NCBI GenBank assembly: GCA_043228905.1
Contig: JBHGNT010000010.1
Span: 7,254,001-7,318,000 of the forward strand
Source: Azolla caroliniana
Lineage: Eukaryota > Plantae > Polypodiophyta
DNA: 64,000 nucleotides
Direction: 5' to 3'
Within the stretch, counting starts at the first letter, position 1; each line of letters begins with the position of its first letter. Positions 49,901-64,000 of this stretch are shown here, in pieces. The translations under genes and the position numbers were made by a program. The notes under the pieces were generated by a model, which had not been told where the DNA came from, did not search any database, and saw nothing but the letters and a program-made list of their open reading frames with translations.

Positions 49901-51222
49901 GCTATACATTGTCTTATTGGACAATGATATTGTCCTAGGTCTGTACACATGTTCCAATCTACAAGATTAATAGATGTGGACATAATTGCATTGGAAAAAC
50001 AAAGAAAGACTCCTCAACTAGAGGTTTGACTTATGTTCATACACTAAACAATCCAATGGTTGTATTATATGGTGTACATAATAATACAAACCATATTAAT
50101 AGAATATGCAATAGTTATTTGATGTACAATTTGAACTTATATGTTGAGAGGCTTAAGGGGTCATCCCAAGTTCGGTTAATATTTATAGTGTATAGAATAG
50201 TGGTGTAGATGCAAATTTTGCGATTGATCATATAAACTTTAAACTTTCTCAGTTGAGCTTGAAGTTACAAAAAAAGGTGAGAAAGAAACATTATAGCTCT
50301 GTAAAAGGTTTAGGCCGTATTTATCTAGTTGAGAGACTAAGTTTCAACTTTAATAAGATACCTTGGACCCCACCTTAACTCTTTTGGTATCTTTCGAGTT
50401 TATGTTTGTGTGTACGTGATCTACATATGATGTATCTTTGCATGTCTTTCACATTATGTCCCTTTCAGTCTTTGTTTCCTCGGTGCTTTTTGAATTAGTG
50501 CACCTCCTTGGCTATCAACTTTTTTGTTTGTAGCTCTTTCCTTGTAAAAAAAAGCTCTCTTTATACACATTCTTGTCTGCACATGGTCTTAAGAACAAGC
50601 TACTCATTGACACTAATCTCTAGGTAGCACTTTTGTTGTAGAAAAATGTAGGTTTCATCATATATTTTAATTGTATGCGCCCCTTTTAGGTTAAAAATAC
50701 ACAAGTTTCCCTAGTGACATTTTGACACATCAAAGGAAAAGAAGAGATATTTGGAGTTCTTGCCTTTGCACATGTCATCACATGTTCAAATTTGAGGGTA
50801 TAGCTTATGAAGCTTAAGAATTATGCTATTTCCACATGCATGTGAACATGGATATGAAGAATTACAACAAAGGTCATAAGTCTAATGCTAGTAATTGGTC
50901 TATAGTGCACCTATGCAAGCTAGGTGGCAAAGCATTCAAAGAGTGTCTACATAACAGGCATTCCTGAAGTAGTATCCACCTTGCAAGTTACAATAGAGGG
51001 TACCATGCTTCAATTTGACCGACCTTCTCCATAGAAAAAAGGGCTTGCATCGTAAAGATTGGTCTAAATTTGAAGGGGGCTATTGGGTTGTGGCATATGT
51101 TAGAGTATAAGACAAATTCTTCGTAAAATGAATGTTTTGATTGAAGACACTAATTTATGGGATTTCAGTGCATATTCATGCTTAACATGAGAAGTGCATG
51201 ATGTACATGATGTGGAAAATAT

Positions 51223-51473
51223 GTTTCCGTCTATGCCCAAGTGAAACATACCTATATTACAATAAGGTTGTTATAACTATGCAAATGTGTGCTTAAAGAT
51301 AGCATGGCCAATATAATTGTTTGTAGATCTGCTTGTTTTGATTAACATTGTTGTTTCCATCTATGCCCAGATGAAATATTGTACCTATATTATAATAAGA
51401 TTGTAATAACTTTGCAAATGTGTGTTTAAAAATAGCGCGGTCACTATAATTGTTTATAGATTTGCTTGTTTTG
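51223..51473. repeat. Degenerate ~130-bp tandem duplication
   Basis: gtttccRtctatgccca...gcttgttttg occurs twice. Confidence 0.75.
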
Positions 51474-54400
51474 CCTAACATTGTTGGGTAAAATTGTGTC
51501 GTCCTTACATGTGTAATAGAACCTTGGTGCATACCTTACACGAGCATTGCATGCCTCAAGTGTATATAAAACACCTAAACACTTATTACATCAATGCATT
51601 CCTAGAAATCATAGCTTAAAGGGCTTTTGACTAGAGGACATGTCATTCATTTCTCCACATCACAAATATATTGAACTAGGTGGAAGATTTCCCTTCTTGC
51701 ATATAAATGAAAATGGATGTGATGGTGTTAGAGCATTCTTCAAGAGATAAAGGGTCAAGGGCACTGGTCTTTATAGTGCTCGAGTAGCATATGTTGTTCA
51801 ATAAGGATCTCTACCACTCTAGCCAAGCACCACATGCAACATTATTTGGTTTTGCCTCGTAATTTGTCCCTTCAAAAGTTTGCTACAAGTATAATTATAC
51901 AATCGTATTTAACAACAAATTATATCATAATGTGGATTCTTGAACACCTCGAGGCTTGAATGCTTTGTTGAATAGACTGTAAAATAAAGTGATTCACTAT
52001 TAAATGATAAACCAAATTGAAAAATGAAGAGCATGCTCGAAAACATATAGTATTGATCAACAAAAGTGTACAATTTTAATGTTCAAAAAACTTGGATTTT
52101 AAATTTATCTTAAGAATATGCTCAAAGAGATGACGAGTTCAATAGTAGTTCATCACAACCTACTGCCAAATATAAATCAATTGAAGCATGCTTGATTAGG
52201 TCAAATATGCATGATTTCATATGTGGAAAATCAAGCTTGTAATAATTTCCACATATGCGAACCAATGGGAAGAACTATATATGTTTGTTGTTACAGACCA
52301 TTTTTAGCATATAGGATTGGTGGCGGATTTATGTTTAGAAATGTTTATGCAAATGCTATACCAAATGATGATGAGTCCATATTTGATCACAACCTAGAGC
52401 TGAATATAAATAAACTTAGACTGAAGATATGTCTTATCATATAAGATTCGAAAGTTTGGATGTCGAAAACTAATATTTAGCATTCAAATAATGTGGACCA
52501 AAGGAGAATAATTGTATATGCACAATAATAGAAACGGAACTACCACTCCACCGATTTTGAAGAAAATACCTTCTTTCAGTTCATATAAAATTGTGTTTCA
52601 TGCATTGAGTATTGACTTCCATACTTGATAAAGAAAACATTGATTTCCCATACAATATATGAGCGTGCAAAGTTATATGTAATTAATGTACGCATTAACT
52701 TTGTCTTCCTCCTTATGGTTCAACACTTGCCATCCTACATTCCACACAGAATATGTGCAAATACGTGTGGAAACTACTTGTTGAAGCATTTGGATTGAGA
52801 TACGATGGGTTTCTATATTGTCCCAATCTAGGCATGTATTTAAATTAACTTAGAGGAGAAACATGTCAATGTATGAACTATGCGTCATTAGGATGTTTAA
52901 AACCAAACCTCTAAGATTCAACAAAATGTGGACTAATGAGAAGGATGTCACATAAACAATAAAGGAAATGAGCTACCACTCTACCAATACAAGAATGCCC
53001 TTAACTCGCGTGATAAATTCAAAGGAAACACATTCAACTCACTCTTATAACATTTCCCTCAAATTAGTGTGTTGACTTTCAATATATTCGTATAAAAAAA
53101 ATAGTTCCTTATTGGTCGAGGAACAAGCCTTTACTTATTTCCTCATCGGTTGGGATGATTTATTAGGACAATCATGTCGTTGGATTATTGACACAAACAC
53201 CAAATAAAAGCAACAACTGTTCAAATCTCTTGAGAATGATAACCATTCATCATTTGAGGTATTCTTACTATTTTCTTCTCTTGGGTAAAACTAAAATATT
53301 CGCATGCTTCAACACACGAGTGCGCTTGAATTCAACAACACATAATCACATATCATGTCCAATTATGAACTCAAAAAGTTTTTTCAAGGCTGCATAAATG
53401 TACCTAGTTTGCCTTGCAAAAATCTTACAAGACACTTCATGGTAACTAACGTACCCTAAGGTGTTACATTACGAGTCTTCCTGATTCTACTCATCTCATA
53501 CTTACATGTCAAGTTCTTATCAAGTCACATTTCCACTATAACATGATGAAGGTTGATCATTATAACTTGTGTCGATGTTTTTCTATTCCCCAATATCCAA
53601 GAAATTAATAGCAAATTCACAATCTCCTAGCCCTTGAGTTATATTTACTGCAAGCAACGATCCAAGGGAAAGTGTACTTATTGTCAAAGACATTTGAATA
53701 GCTGAAAGACTTGTCCTCACTCACCACTTGAAGATTTGATGTTTAGAATCCTTTAGGGGGTCCATTTGATTGGAAACTTTGTTTCTCTACCGCCATTGGT
53801 AAACTGCCAGCTCCCATGGCCTCTAATTGGAAAAATGGAAGAGAGGCATGAAGAAAATCATCTAAGGTGAGGATACACCCAAGTGGCTGTCCATAGTTCT
53901 ATTTCTAGCAACCCTCGGCGCATGTCCAATAATTAATACATTGGACTCATACTCTCAAGGGGGGGGAGCAGGGGTCTAGAACTCTAGGGGTATCATTCAT
54001 TCTCTGGTATCGCATACTCAGTTGATCTCGCTATGTGCCTCTCCTAGACATCGTTCGAATGCACGCACGCGCACAAATATATGTAAACACACACATGTAG
54101 CATATGGTTGTGTAAGGATTAGACAGTGCCCCTTTTTACTTTATGGAACCTTAGGAAAATAGGAGAGCGACTCAACTCAACATGTATGTATATGTATATG
54201 TATATGTATATGTACTATCTATACATACATACATACATACATACATACATACACATATGTATGTGTATGTGTATGTACATATGTATATGTGCGTTCACAC
54301 ATACACACATGCATACATGCATCTAATCATTTGATCTTCTTCTTCTTCTTCACAACACATGTTCATTAAAACAAAAGGAGCCTAACTAAACTTAGTTCTA

Positions 54401-54660
54401 ACTAATTTCTCTCCCACCTCCAACCCCCCCAAACACTCTTATTTTTAATGGTCTCTCCCTCCTCCCTCACAACAGAAGGGGTTTTTCTTTCTCCCTTCCT
54501 CACACCCACATTGCTTCCATGGATTCTTGAGCTACAATCCTTGATTTCTCTAATAATTCTTAAGCTTTTGTAACCCCCCCCTCTGTCTCCCTACACTAGA
54601 ATCAGTGAGGACTTAGATTCAGTTCCTTGCCAAATCATAAGCCCCTGAGCTACTCAGGCC

Positions 54661-57641
54661 ATGGTTAAGCTAGATTTGAATCGGCTACCTATCATGGCAG
54701 CAGGTGAGCTAGATCACCGTCTCACGAGCGATGACAATGAAGGAGAAGAAGAAGAAGAAGAAGAAGACGACGACGAGGGAGTGAGCCAGGCAGAGAATCA
54801 AACCTCGGATCTGGTACAGAGCACGATAATTAATGACCCTTGCAATGCTACTGCTGTATTGAGCGGAGGGGAAGACAACCTTTCAGGGACAAATTCAGTG
54901 AATAATGCCACTCAGTATGTGAGTACTACTACCACAACCACAACAACTACTACTACAACTACAACTAAAGATGATGATGATGATGACCATAGAGTCCCTC
55001 CCATTGACCAGTTCGAAGCTTCTAGTAAGGAGCAGATACATACTAACCCTAACCCTAACCCTAACCCTAACCCATCTCATTACATGGCCTACCATAGCAT
55101 GGTTACCCATGGGAACACCCTCCACCATAGCACACAACCCACCGGGCCCGGTTCCGTCTTCGGCCTTTTCGATGCCCACAACACCCCCATAAACCACCTC
55201 CTCCGGTTCCACCAACACTTCCCAGACCACTTCCGCCATGCTCCCTTGCCACCGCCACTCGGGAGCTTCGATAACACCATGAATTCTTCAGCTTATGCTC
55301 GCCACGAGGCCCCAGCCCCGGCCCCGGCCCCGGCCCGTGGACTTCCCTTGCGATCTTTGGCCGGATTCAACATGGCCGAGCCCCGCAGCTTGTGCCTCGG
55401 GCCTGGGGCCGGCCCCCGGAAGAGCGCCCCGGCATTGGAGCCCGTTCACGTGCCGCCCATGAAGAAAAGCAGGCGCGGCCCCCGCTCCCGGAGCTCCCAG
55501 TACCGTGGGGTCACGTTTTACCGGCGGACCGGAAGATGGGAGTCCCACATTTGGTAAGCATCCAATTCCTTTTTTTTTTTAGCTAACAAATCAAAATTGG
55601 TTGGGATACAGAGCACCATCCCTGTCTTTTTATTTTTTGGGGGTTTTTCAAGTCCATGATTGTTTGCCACACTGTCTTTTTTCCTGTAGGGATTGTGGCA
55701 AGCAAGTCTACTTAGGTGAGTCTTGAATACCAAAAATTACTTTCTTTGACAAATGCAAAGGTTTGATGGTAGCTTACTACAATTTACTGCCTTTAGAAAG
55801 CCCATTTTTTTTTTCCAAAACAATGGCCTTGATCATATCATCTTCTTTTTGTTACATTTTTTCTTTGATCAAATCTAGGTGGATTTGATACAGCGCACGC
55901 CGCTGCGAGGTAATTTTGGCATCGATCCTAAATAAAATTTTCTTGTGATTTTTTTCACATCTACATTTAGACGCACACCTATTATATGATGGATGGATCA
56001 AAAATGTTTTTATCAATTGAATGAGCTTCAATTAGTAAAAGTTAAATCTAACAGTGCAAATAATGTTTTGGGGCACCCAGAGCTTACGATAGGGCGGCGA
56101 TCAAGTTCCGGGGCCCCGATGCTGATATTAACTTCAATTTGAGTGATTATGAAGATGATATGAAACAGGTAGAGATTGTATGTTTGTGTTTGTGATGGGG
56201 ATCTCTAACAAATCAGTAAGAATTTGTGGAATTTATATATTACAACAAGGATTGTAAATTCTTATCTTTTATATTGTAGATGAGTTCTCTCACAAAGGAA
56301 GAATTTGTGCATATTCTACGCCGACAGAGCACCGGCTTCTCCCGGGGCAGCTCGAGGTTCCGAGGTGTCACATTGCACAAATGTGGACGTTGGGAGGCGA
56401 GAATGGGCCAATTCCTCGGCAAAAAGTGGGTTCAATTCCTACTTAAACGAAACCTTTGATCAACAATTGTGCCATGAATTTTGGTCGCTTCATTTAGTCG
56501 GATCAATCCTCGACCAAACTTGATTCTGTGTTTTTTCTTTCTAGGTATATCTACCTTGGCTTATTTGACACCGAAGTCGACGCCGCAAGGTTACTCCTGC
56601 TTTTCTCCATGTCCACGGTAACTGACTAGGAAAAACAATGCCATGGCATTCTTTGCTTAATCTTCTTTGGTATCATGTAGGGCATATGATAGAGCGGCTA
56701 TCCGTTGCAATGGGAGGGATGCGGTCACAAACTTTGATCCTAGTTCTTACGAAGAAGATCTCTTCGAAGACTCCAAAAACGGTACCAATTCTCTAATTTT
56801 CATGAGCATAAAATATTCATATATTAAGGGGGTTCAACTAAGCCCAAGATAGGACCATTAGCTTGAGTAGACCACATGGCTTGATTTAGTTTGGAACGGT
56901 ATCATATGGACATAAATCTAAGGTTAACCTTCCATGGATTTGTTTAATAAGTTATTCAATGGGTAATCTCTTTCCATGAATTTAGCAACTATGATATTGA
57001 AAGATTGAAGTTAAGTATAACCCTAATGATGGACTAGTCATTTAATTCTAGGTCTTGAGGAGACATTAAAGCTTACTCTTGGCTCCTCAAGTACTCAATC
57101 AATACTTCAAACCGAAGAAAGTACTAGCAATCCCATGAATATCCAATCCAACCCAAGTAACCAAGATGAGCGTGTCACAAATGAAGGGTGGACACTAAGA
57201 AGGGGTGACAACCAAGGACTAATGACGAGACTCACTAATACATTTGGCCAAAACCAGAATGAAAGAGATGGGCTCTTGCTAGGGTCATGTCACGTTATGC
57301 CATTCGAGAATGCAAAGAAGTCCACGACATGTAGTGGAGTCTACACACACGGAAACGATCCTATAAGAGATGTACCTTATGCCCAAGGTTTTCCTCATAC
57401 AAGTGAATTGTTGAAGTACAATGTGGAAAGACCTACCGGTTGGACATGGCATGCTTGCAACATGGCACATGTAGTGGCTGCATCCAACAAATTACCAACT
57501 GCAGCATCATCAGGATTCTCACCCTATATCCCGACAACGTCGGTGGTTGTTGCCACAGATGTTTCCACACCAAAACTACCCATGGTTTCGCAAGAGCACA
57601 ACTTTTTGGGTCTCTCTTTGGGCCTTGATGGAAAGGCGTGA
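54661..57641 (+). CDS. AP2: euAPETALA2-type AP2/ERF transcription factor with two AP2 domains, 8 exons, 639 aa
   Basis: Exons 54661-55553, 55690-55715, 55879-55909, 56081-56168, 56280-56425, 56545-56589, 56681-56781, 57052-57641, all with GT-AG introns; 1920 nt in frame. Motifs: [57 protein letters not shown], linker, [39 protein letters not shown]. The symbol denotes the euAP2 clade, not proven orthology. Confidence 0.96.
57499..57519 (+). promoter_or_regulatory. miR172 target site
   Basis: CTGCAGCATCATCAGGATTCT encoding (T)AASSGF(S), the canonical euAP2 miR172 site. Confidence 0.93.
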
Positions 57642-59960
57642 GACGAAGAACCACACCAATTGCAATAATGAAACATTCGATACATTAACTATCCAACTTG
57701 GTTTTCTTCTTGATATGAGCTAGGTTGGAATTCTATGTTTTTCTTCTCTATTCAATATGCCACAACGAACTGGTCGCTTCCAATATCGGAAGGTCCATTG
57801 TGGTTGCTTCGTGCAGTTGTTTTAGTACAAGTTACGTTGGAACAAGTGTGTGAAGACAATGGGACCACCAGCTCCAATGGATTGATTCTAGCTCAGTTCT
57901 TTATTAGGTATGGAATCACCTTAACTCCAACAATCTTCGGAGACACACTTTTAAGTTTAAGATATGTATTTGACAAAGCTTTTTGTTAGGCTTGCCCAAA
58001 GGGCAATGCCACTAGGTGAAGGAGTTAATTTTCTTAGAGAAACATTGAATTTCGATTTTCCAAACGTTTGCTTGTTTGAGTATCCATGTAATGATTTGTA
58101 TCTTTTTGTCTCTCCTTGTCTACCATCTGTCTTATTTATAAACTTGTTTCTTTTTCTCTCTCCTCTTCAGTGTAATGAATGATATCTCTCAATAATTTTC
58201 TTCGTTCCTCTACTCTACCTTAACTAATCTTGAGGTCATACGCGTGAAACTTTGTTTTACATTGTCTTTACATCAACATGCCAACTGTGGATCACAATGA
58301 ATGTGACCTTTTTATATTATGGAAAAAGGTAATGGGAAAGTAGGGAACCAAGTAGCTTGTTTTTACATCATGTCAACATTGGATGGCTATGAATGTGACC
58401 TTTCTATATATTTGAAAAGACATACATATCAAGGAAAGATTTTAACCTTTTAAATACACTACTATGCTAGATTACTCTTTGCAACAAATTCATATCAATC
58501 GTGTTATGCAAAGAAAAATGCGCATATAAAAGATGTCATTTTGTGGTATTGCACAACTCTTAGTTATTATATGCCATACACTTGATTGGATAATTTTCAT
58601 TCAATGCATGAATTTGCTTCCAAGTAGTTCAATCAAAATGCCACAATGCAATCATCATTCCTATTTTGTACACACTGTGAAATTGTTGGTACATGCATAT
58701 ACATTTATGAGGATGTCTACAATCATTCTCCAACATTTGTGTCAATTGGGGCACTTATAACATAATTTGACGAGGATGACTTGTTAGATAGAGAGATCAT
58801 GCAAAGCAATTTGGGTGAGCAATTCTAATACAAACTCTGACATAGCTAATAATTAGAGGTGATTATTATTTTCTTATGTGGTGATCTTATATGACAACAA
58901 TGGAGTCAAGAATGAAACCAGATATGGAACATCCTTCACGGTAGACACAATAGAGCTTGTCTCATTGTTTTGGGGCAATAGCCAAGAATGAAAAGAGAGA
59001 TTCAGTATCCTTTGTTGTACAAATACAATACTTCCTCAATGTTTTGGTCTTTTTCAAAATGTTCTACCTTATCCTAAGCATGAGTTTTGTTAGCAATGTT
59101 AAAGTGCAACATTATCGTTTTCCGACTTCATATTCTGGCATATGTATCAATTTCTATTGTGTAAATAACTTTAAAGAACTTTTGTTGGGAGTGAAGTGTC
59201 CAATCATTTGTTTTGCAGCAAACTATTTCACTCTTTATATTCTGAACTATATATCAAATTCCATGGTGTGAAGCACTTATTGTTGGGAGTAAAATGGGAA
59301 GTCCTTTGTTTAGGAGCAAATGCTAATGCACACGATCTTAAACTTAAGCTGAGAAATGTTTTGAAAATGAGCATATCTTAAAACTCATTCATTGAGACTC
59401 ATCCCATGCTTGATGTTACGAATACGTTATATTTATGTATTTAAATTTTAGAATTTCAATGATGTTGTGAATCGATAAGCAATAATGTTTTCATGTATGT
59501 AATATGATGTATAAAGGCATTGTTTTCACATTCTTCGGTAGCAATTTGGTTTAATATTGCTTATTCAACCATTTTGAGCCTCAAAAGATGTGCAATGCGT
59601 ATCTATCATCAAAAGAGTGAGAAACAAACACATGCACATTGATCCAAAATACTCTTACTGATAAAAACTGCAATCCAATCTATGTCAAGATATTTTGCTT
59701 GGTTTCTGTCTTCAAGCTTTAAGATGGAATGGAACTCTTCTAAAATTTCAGCTCTCTCTTTCTCTCTCTCTCTCTCTCTTTTGCTTCTCTTCATTATTGT
59801 TCCCACTTTCTTTATTCTTCACTTTTGCTTTTATATCTTAAAGTTGATGTTCTCAAATCATGTACAATGCAACCATGCACACCCCATCATCCTAAATCAT
59901 GCATCCATTCATACTAGGATATCCCGCTCGATCAAATCGAATCATAGTTAATCAACAATA

Positions 59961-60293
59961 GTTTGGTTTGGGAGCCTCTAACACAAACTAATTCAAACTA
60001 GACTAGTTAGAAAAATTGATACTTTAAAGGAACCAAACTGAACCACAAAACCTTTAAATTGAAACTCTTCCAACCAAACCATTTGAAGGAATTTTAAGCT
60101 CAAATTGAACTATTAAAGACAAAATGGGTTTGGTTTGGGAGCCTCTAACACAAACTAATTCAAACTAGACTAGTTAGAAAAATTGATACTTTAAAGGAAC
60201 CAAACTGAACCACAAAACCTTTAAATTGAAACTCTTCCAACCAAACCATTTGAAGGAATTTTAAGCTCAAATTGAACTATTAAAGACAAAATG
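59961..60293. repeat. Exact 167-bp tandem duplication in an AACC-rich MITE-like remnant
   Basis: 59961-60126 equals 60128-60293. Confidence 0.9.
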
Positions 60294-62539
60294 TTAAGCC
60301 ATTAAACTATGATTTATGGTACGGTTTTGGTTCAAATCGAATAATGGGCGACCCTATACTCAAGTTTCGTTTTTTCAAGAAAGGTTCATTTTTTTAAAAC
60401 TCAAAACAAAAACTAAAATTTTAAAGAATTGTTTGGGTTCAATGTTAAAACTTTATGATACATATTGCATAATTTATAAAGTTAATCTATATATTTAATA
60501 AATATTTCAAGATGTTCCCTTAAATCGTTAAGTTGTTAAACAGATGGAGGGCCAATCAAACCAAACCAAATCCTTGAAACCCACCCCCTAGCCAAACTAA
60601 GCCTAGGTTAGCTAGATAATTCATTAAGAAAATGATGGATCAAATAAACCAAAAAATAATTATTGAGCCCTAAGCAAAACCGAGTTAAAACCAAGTTGTT
60701 TATGAATTTGTAAACTTAAAATCAAATCGACTTTAAGTAAACAAGTTGTGCCATAGTTTTTTTGTGAATAGTTGTTTCTCAATAATCATGTGACATCTTT
60801 ACATATATTCACCTTTCAAATGAGAAATCAAATACAATTGTATTCATTTAGCGATGAAGTGTTAGGAAACCTAATTAATTTACGAGGTACACAATTTCCA
60901 TGAATTTTAGTGTTTAAAAGAGTGCCTTTGCCTTTCCATGATCTATCTGTGATTTTTCATGACCAATGCATGATGCATCCATGACATATTCATAACCTAG
61001 CTATTATCCATACATGATACATCCATGACCCAAATGCATGATATTGCCCTTGATTGTGTAAAGTATGTATAGGCCATAATTTTGAAGTGGTTATGTTTTC
61101 CCACATATTATAATAAGCTTAGAATAAAATAAATCAATACAATAGACCCAAGATTACAACAAAATAAACCTAAAAGCTTAGAGGTTTGGCATGGCCTGCC
61201 CGTAATCAATGGCAATGTTGACTCCTTATTGTCGTGGGTTCCAGGCACTCCACTATTAGAGATTTATTCTGCTGTAAGCATAAAATAAAGAGACAACGAG
61301 AGAAAGAAGGGTGCCCATCCACCTGACCGCCCCCAAGTGAAGGGATTGATACGGACCCGAGCCATGAATGACATCCCATACCACCTCTATGGCTTCGAGT
61401 CATACTTGGTACTGGTGCGCTATCGCCACAAGAGTTTGTTAATCACAAAATCATAATCTAAATGTAACCAAATAATGCGTCAAATGAGGATAGCACGGCC
61501 TTATATTTATAACAAGACCCAAAGCCCCCAAGCAAGTTCATACTTGGCCTTTAAGGGTTGTCGCAATCCCTGGGATTAAAAGTAATCCTCCCTTCTTTAT
61601 ATTCTCGATTAACCCTCACACTCCTATCCTTGTGTGTATAAACCATGGTTTTAATTACATGGGATAAGTTATGGTTATGCTAGAGAAGCAATGGAGCCTT
61701 GCACACATGCTCCTTGAGTTCCTTAAAGGCGAGGGCTGATGTAACATTCCATAATTTGGCTTTGTATGACCTTTAAGAAGATTAGTACATGACATCTTCA
61801 ATTGGGATTAATTGAGAAGAGATTTTCACAAAAACCCCACAAAACCAAGGACTGATTGAACTTCTCAAATATTCTAAAGAATGGGTTAGGGTTTGACTTT
61901 CTTGATTCGAAAAAAGGGTCAATTTTGACTCGTTGGGTTATGAGATGTCTGAGATATGTAATTGAAACTCACATTTTGAGATCTTTGTGTAGATTTGTTT
62001 GTCACGCAATGTTTGGATAACAAAGCAAACATGTTTACCATGTTCTTCCAATTTATGACTCTAAACTAACATATCATCCAAGAAAACAACAACAAAATTT
62101 CTAAGTTGTTCTTGGAATATGTCATTCATTTCTTGTTGAAATGTGGTTGGAGCATTGGTCAAAAACCAAAAGGCATGACCAAAAACTCATAATGGTCATA
62201 ACACATACGAAATGTTAATTTAGGAATATCATCCTTATACGAATTTGATGGTATCCCATAGGGAGATCAAGTTTTGCAAAATATCAAGCTCCCTAGAGAT
62301 GATCAATCAAGAAGTCTGTTGGGGCAGTGGATATGAATTCTTGATCATCACTTCAGTCAAGTGTTAGTAATTAATACACATACGCCATGTGCCATTTTTC
62401 TTTTTTACCAAGAGAGCTTTTCACCCCATGGTGATTTAGTATATTCTATATGATTAGTATATGATCTATTTTTACATATTCCTTGAGTTTCTTAGACATC
62501 TGATCCTCTTCAGATTGACTCAATCAATACGGAGCTATA

Positions 62540-63260
62540 TGTTAGGAATATGTCCCTCCTATGGGAGGAGCCGACTGGTTGGACTGAGAGCCAATAGTCG
62601 AAGACAAGGAGTAGCCGATTGGTTGGGTTGAGAATCGACAATTGATGTTATGGAGATTCTAATGAGTGAGTTAACATGAAGAGTCGACACCATAGTAAGT
62701 GATCCAAGTCGAAGACATGACCATGACCGACTGGATGGTCGACGATGAGGCCGACTAGTCGGGCGGACTGGATAATCGACGCAAGTGTCGGCTAGTCGAT
62801 CAATCGGCTGATTAACTGCCATTATTATCAGTATAATAATAGAAGTGAGAGTAGTAGGGACAACATTTGTAAATAGCCCATTAGTGTGTAAGTATAAATA
62901 CACGCAGGGCAAAGCTTTAAGTAATATAGAGAAAACTGAATTGTGTAGAGTTTCTATAATGAGAGAGCTACAGAGAGAAGAGAGAGCGCGTGACAGTGAG
63001 AGCAGCACCATAGTTGTGTGAGCTTAGACGCCAAGAGCCCTGCATGGCTGATACACTCAGTATGAAGAGAGTGTTGTATACTGTCTCCTTTGTATTCTCC
63101 AGTGTATAGTGGATCTCTGTTCCTGTGGTTTTTCCCCATTTAGGGTTTCCACGTAAAAGTGTGTATTGTGTGCATTTGCTGTTTTCTGTTTCCGCGTTAT
63201 TGTTTATTGCACAATCAGTCTTCCTCATGAATCTTAGGGATCGAATCCCTTTAGTATTCT
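62540..63260 (+). mobile_element. Copia-type solo/orphan LTR (right end uncertain)
   Basis: Starts TGTTAGGAATATGTCCCTCC (compare 15565); TATAAATA; (GA)n; GTGGTTTTTCCCCATTTAGGGTTTCCACGTAAA motif shared with other copia LTRs. Confidence 0.7.
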
Positions 63261-63559
63261 TATTGGTGCGACCCCAGGAATAAGTTCTATATGATGCTAA
63301 ATATCAAGTTTAGGAGGTAACCCATATGGAAGTTTCACTTGGAAAAATATCATGAAAATGGTTTAAGATTTCATTATAAACAAGATAAATGATCCATAAT
63401 ACAATTGATATTAAAAACTTGAATGTCCGGATCAAGTACACAATAAAATAAATCAATACAAGTGAACTCAATCGTTTAGTGTAAAATGGTTATAATTGAA
63501 GGAGATTGTTTTTTGACACATAGAATAAAATGGGTACAATTGTTTAGTGTAAACGTTAT

Positions 63560-63870
63560 TGAATGATGAACCCAATCAATAGATAAAGAGGAGTTATTAT
63601 TAAAGAACTAGGGATAACCTAGCATTACATTGGTGGTATGAAGATTCGTTACATGGAAATCTACTTTCTCTACATAAATATTAATGCAAATTTCCAATGA
63701 ATGAATCACGATGTGGATGTATTGCACTTTTGCATCAACCAAATGCACCTTATAGGTGCAATCACTTACGGTGGGTTGACGTACCAATATCTGAACCAAA
63801 CAATCATTCACAACATATATGAGCTTCCCTAATCAAACAAGAATTGTACTTGAGATCCCCTTTATATTCT
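63560..63870 (-). pseudogene. Ty3/gypsy aspartic protease remnant
   Basis: FLFD*GSS (degenerate D-S-G active site) followed by DFHVTNLHTTNVMLGYP*...SIDWVHHSITF, matching the DVILGxPWL..P.IDW pattern. Confidence 0.65.
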
Positions 63871-64000
63871 CCCCTTTATAGTATGTAGCTTTGCTTTTGT
63901 TATCGTGCTCTTCGCGTTGGAGCTTTTTGATGTGAATATGGGGATGGCCACAACTAGCAAACAAACAGATATGAAAGCAACAAAGGAACAAGAAAACAAG

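Noticed and set aside
52000-53090. Possible decayed gene or transposase with internal duplication
   Set aside because: Too degenerate; no diagnostic motif recognised
55044-55073. (TAACCC)5 telomere-like repeat
   Set aside because: In-frame Asn-Pro repeat in the low-complexity AP2 N-terminus, not a telomere remnant
59915-60590. hAT-type MITE
   Set aside because: AACC-rich motifs and a CCCACCCCCTA end are present, but the left terminus is weak and there is no 8-bp TSD
61080-61746. Possible gypsy solo LTR ending TGTAACA
   Set aside because: No matching start or TSD found

Overview
Eukaryotic (land-plant) genomic DNA, most consistent with a large-genome non-seed vascular plant such as a fern (inference from TE types and a euAP2 gene). 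About 48 kb (1-48144) is a deeply nested transposon graveyard that can be peeled apart using target-site duplications (TSDs). It contains three largely complete Ty1/copia elements, a partial outer copia, several solo or orphan LTRs, a non-coding tRNA-Trp-primed LTR element, two L1-clade LINEs (one with a twin-priming 5' inversion), two RTE-like LINE fragments and an 11.7-kb microsatellite-filled TIR element. Removing the insertions exposes the most interesting object: a decayed Sola-type DDD transposase (+, ~36.3-38.7 kb) lying head-to-head with an intron-containing gene (-, ~35.9-34.64 kb, resuming at 16.85-16.12 kb). That gene encodes a ParB/Srx-like domain followed by the start of a bacterial/phage-like beta-class DNA amino-methyltransferase (6mA/4mC-type). 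The only intact host gene is an 8-exon euAPETALA2 transcription factor (54661-57641, 639 aa) with a canonical miR172 site. All calls come from reading the sequence by eye; no database searches were run.
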